DNA from: Steroidobacteraceae bacterium
GTDB taxonomy: Bacteria; Pseudomonadota; Gammaproteobacteria; Steroidobacterales; Steroidobacteraceae
NCBI GenBank assembly: GCA_035568235.1
Contig: DATMOK010000027.1
Location: forward strand, 11,132-75,131
Direction of reading: 5' to 3'
DNA: 64,000 nucleotides
Below, in pieces: positions 54,797-61,804 of this stretch. The notes beneath the pieces are model-generated. The model was not told the DNA's origin and made no database searches. It was given only the letters and a program-made list of their open reading frames with translations. Position numbers and translations under genes: made by a program. The first letter of the stretch is position 1; each line of letters begins with the position of its first letter.

Positions 54797-55387
54797 TCAG
54801 TGTGGGCGCCCGCCATCGGCCTGCGGCGCACCGCCCGGCGCCGGCGTGCGCGGCGCCTGCACGCACTGCTGGCAGCGCGTGACGCGCGCCGGGAAGCGCT
54901 CGGTGACCATGACGCTGCCGCAATCCGTACAGGCGCCGAGGCGCAGCAGCTCGCCGCTCGAGAGCGCGCACGCCAGGAACACCGCATGCTCGAAGGAGAT
55001 CTGCGCCGCCGGAATTACGGCGCGATAAGCCTCGAACGCCTCGCACAGCGCCGCGCCGCGCTGCAGGCCCGGCAGCGGCACCGCGGCCTCGGCGGCCTGC
55101 GCCGGCAGCACGCCAAGCAGCATCAGCACGCTCGCCAGCGCCGCGCTCTCCTGCTGCAGACGCAGCGAGCGTGTGAAGTAGGCGACCTGGTGCGGCGACT
55201 TGCCGCGATGACGCGGCAGGTGCAGTCGTGCGTGGCGTACGTAGGAGCGGTACAGCTTGCGGATGCGGTCGTCCGACAGTCCGGTCCAGGCACGGATCGT
55301 GTGCGTGCGCGCCTCATGGACCAGGAAGCGCAGCGCCAGCTCCATGCGCAGCCGCTCACGGTGATAGCGATCGTCGGAAATGCGCAT
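54797..55387 (-). CDS. FlhC-family (FlhC/SetC/AcaC-like) zinc-binding transcriptional activator subunit
   Basis: 196 aa. The N-terminal LALRFLVHEARTHTIRAWTGLSDDRIRKLYRS...HRGKSP parallels E. coli FlhC [33 protein letters not shown]...PKGMLP. The C-terminal CTDC-x15-CQQC matches the FlhC Cys4 zinc site in spacing. Confidence 0.75.
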   Translation of the reverse strand: MRISDDRYHRERLRMELALRFLVHEARTHTIRAWTGLSDDRIRKLYRSYVRHARLHLPRHRGKSPHQVAYFTRSLRLQQESAALASVLMLLGVLPAQAAEAAVPLPGLQRGAALCEAFEAYRAVIPAAQISFEHAVFLACALSSGELLRLGACTDCGSVMVTERFPARVTRCQQCVQAPRTPAPGGAPQADGGRPH

Positions 55388-55421
55388 GCGGCGGTTCCGG
55401 CAGGGGAGGGTTGCGTTTATT

Positions 55422-55477
55422 TTGCTGAAAATTCACCAAAACACAATTGCTGAAATTTGGTAAAAAATCACCAAATT
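55422..55477. promoter_or_regulatory. AT-rich repeat cluster in the divergent FlhC-like/FlhD-like intergenic region (candidate operators/promoters)
   Basis: TTGCTGAAA occurs twice (55422-55430 and 55447-55455). A(T/A)TCACCAAA occurs twice (55431-55440 and 55466-75). An 8-bp inverted repeat, AATTTGGT-8 nt-ACCAAATT, lies at 55454-55477. Confidence 0.4.
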
Positions 55478-55536
55478 CTTGGATGGCTGGCGGGCGGCGC
55501 TCGGCTACCATTGCGCATCGCTGCGGGGAGGGGGCC

Positions 55537-56268
55537 ATGCTGTTGCACTGCGGGATCGAGGCCGCGCACGCGGCCGGGGACATGCGCCGGGGCACCTCGT
55601 GGCTGCGCCCGGAGACGCTCGAGACGCTCGCGGAGCTCAATGAGCTCGGCCTGGCGCTATTGCTGCAGGAGGCATCGCTCCCGGGGGCGCTGCACGGCAC
55701 GCTGGCCGCGCCGCTCCTGCGCGAGGTCGGGACGCTGCGCGCGATCCTCGAGCCGCTGGCGCTGCGGCGTGCCGCCGCCTGTCCGTACCTGCTGTTCGAT
55801 GTGGGGTTTGCCGCCCTGGCACGCTGGCGGCCCGCCGCGCCCGGGCAGGTGGGCGATGCGGACGCCTCGGTGTGCAGCGCGTTCTTCACCGTGCCCGCCA
55901 CCGTCGAGGTGGCGCGGCTGGTCCTTACATTCGGCTGGCACCTGGCGCGCACGCAGCTGGCCGCGGCGCGACTGCTGCTCGGCATGCCGCCGGCGTGTGC
56001 CGGGCTCATCGGCGCCATGACGCTGCGCCGCGTGCATGCCCTCGCGGAGCGGCATCCGGAGTGGCTCCGCCCGCGGTGGCCCGCGCGGCCTCAGGTATGG
56101 CGGCTGCTACTGTCCGCGGCGGCGGCGGGAGAGGCGCGCTCCCTGGAGCAGGCGCAGATGCACGGTCTCACGCTGCTGGCCGCCGAGGCACGGGCGGCCG
56201 CGCGCCTTACTTCGCCAGCTGGAACAGCGTCGACGGCACCCAGCCCTCGTTCCCCAGCTCGTCCGTGA
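55537..56268 (+). CDS. Hypothetical protein with FlhD-like segment(s); candidate partner of the FlhC-like protein
   Basis: I chose the ATG at 55537, which is preceded by GGGGAGGGGG, over the TTG at 55447. Third-position GC is high. The stretch AAARLLLGMPPACAGLIGAMTLRRVHALAERHPEWLRPRW aligns without gaps to E. coli FlhD [40 protein letters not shown]. The last ~60 nt overlap the convergent gene. Confidence 0.5.
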   Translation: MLLHCGIEAAHAAGDMRRGTSWLRPETLETLAELNELGLALLLQEASLPGALHGTLAAPLLREVGTLRAILEPLALRRAAACPYLLFDVGFAALARWRPAAPGQVGDADASVCSAFFTVPATVEVARLVLTFGWHLARTQLAAARLLLGMPPACAGLIGAMTLRRVHALAERHPEWLRPRWPARPQVWRLLLSAAAAGEARSLEQAQMHGLTLLAAEARAAARLTSPAGTASTAPSPRSPARP

Positions 56269-57136
56269 CCTTCCACCAGATCCCGTCCTTGTCGCCGCTC
56301 GGGTAGAGCGTCATGCCGGGATCGAGGTCGCGTACCACCGGCGACTTGAGGTTGGCGGCGCTGTACATCTTGCCGGGCTTGGCCATCGTGACCGACTGGC
56401 TGACGTTGTCGGCCTTGGCGTTGAGGCTCATGCCCTTGATGTCGTTCACGAGCTTCGTGTAGGAGTCGAGGTAGGCCATGGTCACGACCTGACCGATCTC
56501 GGTGTTGGCGTAGCTGCTCGCGCCCGCGGCGGCGAAGCCGCCGAAGAAGGCACCGCCGCCTGCGCCCCAGCCGAGATCGGTCTTCTTGTAGTGCCCCTGC
56601 TCGAGCGCCACCTGCTCGGTGGAGCGCACATCGGTGAGGGTCAGCACGACATCGGCGGTCTTGCTCTTCAGGCTGACGCCGCCCACCACGGCGCCGGCGA
56701 CGCCACCGAGCATGCCGCCGAGGACGCCGCCGATGCGGCTGCCGCCGGAGTTATTGTTCTTGGTGACCACGTCGGGCACCAGCACGTAATCAGCAGCCTT
56801 CATCTGCCCCTTGCCGATGTTCGAGCCGCCGCGCATCTCGCCGGATGAGGCGAGCGCGCGTTCCTTCTCCGCGGCCGCCAGGCCCTTACCCCGATCGAGC
56901 AGCGTGAAGCACTTCGACTGCGACACGAACACCTTGATCAGCGCCTCGGGCGAATCGAGGTTGTACTGCAGCCACCACTTATTCTCGGGCTCGGTCACTG
57001 CGAGCGTGCCGATCTTCTTGTCGCAGGTCGGGATCTGCGGCGGCGGCGCATCGGCCGCCCAGGCGAGGGCGTTCGCGCCGAGTCCAGTGAGCGCGAGACA
57101 GGCGAGCATCGGGATGCGGAGCGTGGTCGGCAGCAT
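56207..57136 (-). CDS. CsgG/HfaB-family periplasmic/outer-membrane protein with a C-terminal SH3-like domain
   Basis: I chose the ATG at 57136 (GGAGA Shine-Dalgarno); a signal peptide follows. CsgG-like blocks are IGTLAVTEPEN, CFTLLDRGKGLAAAEKERAL and ADYVLVPDV followed by a Gly-rich loop. The C-terminal WWKVTDELGNEGWVPSTLFQL is SH3b-like. Confidence 0.7.
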   Translation of the reverse strand: MLPTTLRIPMLACLALTGLGANALAWAADAPPPQIPTCDKKIGTLAVTEPENKWWLQYNLDSPEALIKVFVSQSKCFTLLDRGKGLAAAEKERALASSGEMRGGSNIGKGQMKAADYVLVPDVVTKNNNSGGSRIGGVLGGMLGGVAGAVVGGVSLKSKTADVVLTLTDVRSTEQVALEQGHYKKTDLGWGAGGGAFFGGFAAAGASSYANTEIGQVVTMAYLDSYTKLVNDIKGMSLNAKADNVSQSVTMAKPGKMYSAANLKSPVVRDLDPGMTLYPSGDKDGIWWKVTDELGNEGWVPSTLFQLAK

Positions 57137-57368
57137 GGTGGCTTCTCCCCAGTTTTTTCTAGTCCAAGCGGCGGCGCTGTTCAGCGCCACCTCGGGTGGC
57201 GCGGTAGTTTAGGGCGAAGTCCGCCCTCTGGGGTAATCGCCGCGGCCGGCGGCCGGCCCTTGCGCCCGCATCCCTGAGGGTGCCTGCACCGCGAAATCAC
57301 CGCTGTCCGTTTTTGACCGGCACGTGTCACATGCTGCGGTGGTCAAGCTGCCGCGGTTATCGCACCAT

Positions 57369-57962
57369 ATGACCGTTTTTCAACACAGCCCGGAGCCCCT
57401 CTTGAAACAGGCACTTCTGGTCATCGACGTGCAGGAATCCTTCCGCCAGCGGCCGTATTTCCGCGCCGAGGAGCTGCCGGCGTTCCTGCGCAACGTGCAG
57501 GCGCTCATCGATCGCAGCCGGGACGAGGGCGCCTCGCTCGTGCAGGTGTTCCACCAGGAGCCGGGCGAGGACGCCGGCAACCCCTTCACCGCCGCCTCAG
57601 GGATGGTGCGCGCGATGCCGGAGCTCAGGCTCAAAGCGGATGCCGTGTTCCGCAAGCAGGTGCACTCGGCACTCCTCGGGACCGACGCCACCGGCGCGAC
57701 GCTCGAGTCCTGGTTGCGCGCGCACGGCATCGGCGAGCTGCTCATCACTGGCATCCGCACCGAGCAGTGCTGCGAGACCACCGCGCGGCACGCCTCGGAC
57801 CTGGGGTTCAAGGTGCGCTACGTGACCGACGCGACGCTCACCTTTCCGATGCGCACGCGCGCCGGGCGCGAGGTATCGGCGGCCGAGATTCGCGAGCGCA
57901 CCGAGCTGGTGCTCGATCAGCGTTTCGCGCGCATCGTCTCGAGCGCGGACGCCTGGAGCTGA
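57369..57962 (+). CDS. Isochorismatase-family cysteine hydrolase
   Basis: Family motifs are KQALLVIDVQESF and ELLITGIRTEQCCETTAR. The start is uncertain: ATG 57369 or GTG 57324. Confidence 0.8.
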   Translation: MTVFQHSPEPLLKQALLVIDVQESFRQRPYFRAEELPAFLRNVQALIDRSRDEGASLVQVFHQEPGEDAGNPFTAASGMVRAMPELRLKADAVFRKQVHSALLGTDATGATLESWLRAHGIGELLITGIRTEQCCETTARHASDLGFKVRYVTDATLTFPMRTRAGREVSAAEIRERTELVLDQRFARIVSSADAWS

Positions 57963-57986
57963 CGGCCGCGCGGACCGGGGACGCGC

Positions 57987-58997
57987 ATGCGCGAGGTGGT
58001 GTTCCTGCTGTTGCCGAGCGTGGTGCTGCTCGATGTAGCCGGCAGCGCGGATGCTTTCCGCTGCGCCGAACGGCGAGTGCCTGGCAGCTACCGCCTGCGT
58101 TTCGTGTCGCCGCAGCCGAGCGTGACGGCGGCGGCGGGTCTCACCCTCGCGGCTCTCGAGCCGCTGCCCGCCGCGCTCGCCCCGGCATCGATCCTGGTGC
58201 TCGCCGGCATCGGCGGCCCGGCCCTCGATCCCGGGGAGAGCGCCACCCGGCGGGCGATCGAGTGGCTGCGCGGCGGCGCGGCGGCGCGCGCCCAGCTGCT
58301 GTGCGTATGCACCGGCAGTGTGCTGGCGGCGCACGCGGGATTGCTCGCCGGCCGCGACTGCACTACCCATCACGAGCACCTCGAGGAGCTCAGGCGCGCC
58401 GAGCCGCGCGCCCGGGTGCACGACAACCGTATCTTCGTCGAGGACGGGATGCTCGCCACCAGCGCCGGCGTCACCGCCGGGCTCGACCTCGCACTGCACG
58501 TCATCGGTGCGCAGCTCGGACCGCAGGTGGCCGCCGAAGTGGCGCGCGATCTGGTCGTGTATCTGCGGCGCGCCGGCTCCGATCCGGCGCTCTCGCCCTG
58601 GGTCATGCACCGCAACCATCTGCACCCGGCGGTGCATCGGGTGCAGGACGCGGTGACCCGCGATCCGGCGGCGCGCTGGGATTCGGCGCAGCTCGCGGCG
58701 GTCGCCTGCACCGGGCCGCGCAATCTCGCGCGCCTGTTCGCCGCGCACGCGCACTGCTCACCCCTCGACTACGTGCAGCTCATCCGCTATGCGTTCGCGC
58801 GTCAGCTCGTGACCGGCACCGGGCTCGACCTCGAGCGCGTGGCGGTGCGGGCCGGCTTTGGCTCGGCGCAGCATCTGCGACGCGTGTGGGCGCGCTGGGA
58901 GGTGAGGCCGCCGAGCGGGTTGCGTCACCGTGAGCCGGACGGCCGGGAGCCGGCCCTGGCGGCTGTGGCAAGCCGCGAGTCCGCGGCGAGCGGCTGA
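57987..58997 (+). CDS. GlxA-family (DJ-1/PfpI domain + AraC HTH) transcriptional regulator
   Basis: The N-terminal DJ-1-like domain has LLCVCTGSVLAAHAGLL. The C-terminal AraC-type HTH has WDSAQLAAVACTGPRNLARLF...GFGSAQHLRRVW. Confidence 0.85.
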   Translation: MREVVFLLLPSVVLLDVAGSADAFRCAERRVPGSYRLRFVSPQPSVTAAAGLTLAALEPLPAALAPASILVLAGIGGPALDPGESATRRAIEWLRGGAAARAQLLCVCTGSVLAAHAGLLAGRDCTTHHEHLEELRRAEPRARVHDNRIFVEDGMLATSAGVTAGLDLALHVIGAQLGPQVAAEVARDLVVYLRRAGSDPALSPWVMHRNHLHPAVHRVQDAVTRDPAARWDSAQLAAVACTGPRNLARLFAAHAHCSPLDYVQLIRYAFARQLVTGTGLDLERVAVRAGFGSAQHLRRVWARWEVRPPSGLRHREPDGREPALAAVASRESAASG

Positions 58998-59012
58998 GCC
59001 GCGCGGCGCGCT

Positions 59013-59696
59013 CTAGTGCCCGCTGTCCTTCGCGACGAGAAAGGCCACCAGCGGGATGAGGCGGGTGGGCGCCTGATTACTCTCGGCGATCCGGTAATGC
59101 CCGTTGACGACGATGCAGGGCGTGCTGGGCACCTGCATGGCCACGATCTGCTCGTCGGCGGCGCGCATCCGGCCGGCGATCGTGAAGGATCGGGCCATCG
59201 CCAGGAAATCCTCAGGCTTGACCCCGGTCCAGCGCGCGTAGAGCTGCGCCGCCTGCTCGATCGAGGGCTGCGGACTCTTGAGCTGGTGCGTCTGTCTGTC
59301 GGAGGTCGCGAGCTCGCCGCTCTTCCACACCGCGTCATACATCTGCTGCTGGGTACGCTCGGCGATGCCGAGCGCCTGCGCGGCGAGGTAGGCACGCTGG
59401 AACATCGGCCAGTCCTCGGCGGGAATGAACGCGGCGGGCAGGTAGGCGAGCTGCGCGTTGGGCGGCAGGTTCTTCTTCAGCAGCTCGAGCGTCGGCTGGA
59501 AGGCGTTGCAGGCCGGACAGCCGTACGAGAACACCTCGAGCACCTCGATCTTGCCGGGCGCGACGCTGCTGCGCTGCGGCTGCTCGAGCACGAAGTAGTC
59601 GCGTCCCGCGGTCCAGGTGGGCGCGGGCTGAGCGGGCACCACTGCGAGCGGTGCCAGCAGACAGAGAGAGAGGAACAGTGGGCCGTGGGCTTTCAT
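59013..59696 (-). CDS. Periplasmic thiol:disulfide oxidoreductase DsbA/DsbL family
   Basis: It has a signal peptide and the thioredoxin active site FSYGCPACNAF. Confidence 0.85.
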   Translation of the reverse strand: MKAHGPLFLSLCLLAPLAVVPAQPAPTWTAGRDYFVLEQPQRSSVAPGKIEVLEVFSYGCPACNAFQPTLELLKKNLPPNAQLAYLPAAFIPAEDWPMFQRAYLAAQALGIAERTQQQMYDAVWKSGELATSDRQTHQLKSPQPSIEQAAQLYARWTGVKPEDFLAMARSFTIAGRMRAADEQIVAMQVPSTPCIVVNGHYRIAESNQAPTRLIPLVAFLVAKDSGH

Positions 59697-59741
59697 GATG
59701 CGATCTTAATGGAGTCCTGCGACGCGTAGAGAGCGATGCGA

Positions 59742-60668
59742 CTAGTAGATGGCGAGCTCGCGACGGCCGGAGGAGTCGCGCGCGCCGCGGTACATGCCCT
59801 CGGTGCTGAAGTCCATGACGATATGGCCGCCGCGGTCGACCGCGATCAGGCCGCCATCGCCGCCGAGGCTCTTGAGAACCTCGTGCAGCAGCTCGGCGAT
59901 GGCCTGCGCGAGTGTCAGCCCGCGGTACTCGACCGCCGCGCACACGTGATGCGCGGCTACGGCGCGGATGAAGTATTCCCCGTGCCCGGTGGCCGACACC
60001 GCGCACACGCCATCCTTGGCGTAGGTCCCGGCACCGATGATGGGCGAGTCGCCGACCCGCCCGGGACGCTTGTTGGTCATGCCGCCGGTGGAGGTGGCGG
60101 CGGCGAGGTGGCCCTGGGCGTCGCAGGCCACCGCGCCCACCGTGCCCCCGGGCGGCTCGCTCGCTTCGGTTGGCGGTACCAGGTCCGACACCCGCTCGCC
60201 GCGCTGCTCGCACTCGAGCTGCATCTGCCGCTCGGGGGTACGGAAGTAATGATTGGCGATGAGCGCCATGCCTTCCTCGAGCGCGAACTCCTCGGCCCCC
60301 GGGCCGACGAGCAGCACGTGCCGCGACTTCTCCATCACGCGCCGTGCGAGCTCCACGGGGTTGCGCACGTGGCGCACCGAGGCGACCGCGCCGGCGCGCA
60401 GATTGCGGCCGTCCATGATGGCCGCGTCGAGCTCGGCGGCACCCTCGCGGGTCAAGGCGGCCCCGCGGCCGGCGTTGAACATCGGTTCATCCTCGAGCAT
60501 GCGCACCGCCTCGGTCACCGCATCGAGGCTCGAGCCGCCGCGCTCGAGCACGCCGTAACCAGCGTCGAGCGCGGCCTCGAGGCCGGCGCGATAGCGCTGC
60601 TCGCGTTGCGGCGACAGCGTCGCGCGCGGCACGGCGCCGGCTCCTCCGTGGATGGCGATCGCGTACAT
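59742..60668 (-). CDS. iaaA: Isoaspartyl peptidase / L-asparaginase (Ntn-hydrolase, plant type), cytoplasmic paralogue
   Basis: The sequence has IAIHGGAG, NAGRGAALT and the autoprocessing GTVGAVA site. No signal peptide is present. A GGGAGG Shine-Dalgarno precedes the start. Confidence 0.9.
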   Translation of the reverse strand: MYAIAIHGGAGAVPRATLSPQREQRYRAGLEAALDAGYGVLERGGSSLDAVTEAVRMLEDEPMFNAGRGAALTREGAAELDAAIMDGRNLRAGAVASVRHVRNPVELARRVMEKSRHVLLVGPGAEEFALEEGMALIANHYFRTPERQMQLECEQRGERVSDLVPPTEASEPPGGTVGAVACDAQGHLAAATSTGGMTNKRPGRVGDSPIIGAGTYAKDGVCAVSATGHGEYFIRAVAAHHVCAAVEYRGLTLAQAIAELLHEVLKSLGGDGGLIAVDRGGHIVMDFSTEGMYRGARDSSGRRELAIY

Positions 60669-60682
60669 CGAGCCTCCCGCCT

Positions 60683-61717
60683 TCAGTTCGTGTCGCGGTA
60701 CATGGCGATCTCGCGCCGTCCGCGTGAGTCGCGCACGCCGCGGTGCATGCCGGCGCTGTTGAAGTCCATGGCGATGTTACCGTCGCGGTCGAGGGCGATC
60801 ACGCCGCCCTCGCCCCCGGTGCGCTTGAGCTTGCCGTGGATCATGGTATCGACGGCGCGCGAGAGCGACACGTGCTGGTACTGCATCATGGCGCAGATGT
60901 CGTACGCCACTACCTGGCGGATGTAGAACTCGCCCTGGCCGGTACCGGAGACCGCGCACGACTCATCGGCGTAGGTGCCGGCGCCGATGATCGGGGTGTC
61001 GCCGATGCGCCCGTAGAGCTTGTTGGTGAGGCCGCCGGTGGAGGTCGCCGCAGCGAGGTGCCCCTGGGCATCGAGCGCCACAGCCCCGACCGTGCCCATC
61101 CCCTTCGGTGCCGACGGCCGCATCGGCAGCGGCGCGGTGGGCTCGCGGGCGTCTGCCGAGCGCTTTTCTTCCTCGAGCTCGCGCATGCGCTCCGGGGTGA
61201 TGCAGTAGCTCTCGGGCACCAGTACCACACCTTGCGCCAGCGCGAACTCCTCGGCCCCCTGACCGGCGAGCATCACGTGCGGCGACTTCTCCATCACCAG
61301 ACGCGCGAGATCGATCGGATTCTTGACGTGATGCAGTTCCGCCACCGCGCCCGCGCGCCCGGCGGTGCCGTCCATGATGGCGGCATCGAGCTCGCAGATG
61401 CCGTCGTGGTTGAGTACCGCGCCCTTGCCGGCGTTGAACTGCGGGTCGTCCTCCATGGTGCGCACCGCCGTCCCCACCGCATCCAGCGCCGAGCCGCCGC
61501 GCTCGAGCACCGCGTAGCCGGCATCGAGCGCCGCACCGAGTCCGGTGCGGAACGAGGCCTCGCGCTCGGGTGTCATGTGGGCACGCTCGATGACGCCCGC
61601 GCCGCCGTGGATGACGATCACCACCGGGTGCTCGGCAGCCTCGAGCGGTGCGCAGCCGAGAAGTGCGCTGGCGGCGAGTAGCAAAGCGCGCAGCGAATGC
61701 GCCGGCGGTCGCGACAT
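60683..61717 (-). CDS. Isoaspartyl peptidase / L-asparaginase paralogue with an export/lipoprotein signal
   Basis: The ATG at 61717 gives MSRPPAHSLRALLLAASALLGC (lipobox-like), followed by VIHGGAG, NAGKGAVL and GTVGAVA. The rest of ORF 60683-63943 is antisense to pyruvate carboxylase. Confidence 0.85.
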   Translation of the reverse strand: MSRPPAHSLRALLLAASALLGCAPLEAAEHPVVIVIHGGAGVIERAHMTPEREASFRTGLGAALDAGYAVLERGGSALDAVGTAVRTMEDDPQFNAGKGAVLNHDGICELDAAIMDGTAGRAGAVAELHHVKNPIDLARLVMEKSPHVMLAGQGAEEFALAQGVVLVPESYCITPERMRELEEEKRSADAREPTAPLPMRPSAPKGMGTVGAVALDAQGHLAAATSTGGLTNKLYGRIGDTPIIGAGTYADESCAVSGTGQGEFYIRQVVAYDICAMMQYQHVSLSRAVDTMIHGKLKRTGGEGGVIALDRDGNIAMDFNSAGMHRGVRDSRGRREIAMYRDTN

Positions 61718-61804
61718 GGCGTCCCCTAAAGCAGCTATGATCATTGCGTCCGCGACCCGCGCCTGCCGCGGTCCTCGCGTCGCTCTCAAGTGGTGAATCT
61801 TAAG

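Noticed and set aside
55447-55536. A TTG start at 55447 for the FlhD-like ORF, giving the N-terminus MLKFGKKSPNSW....
   Set aside because: This part lies within the AT-rich repeat region and has atypical codon usage. The ATG at 55537 has a strong GGAGG-type ribosome-binding site.
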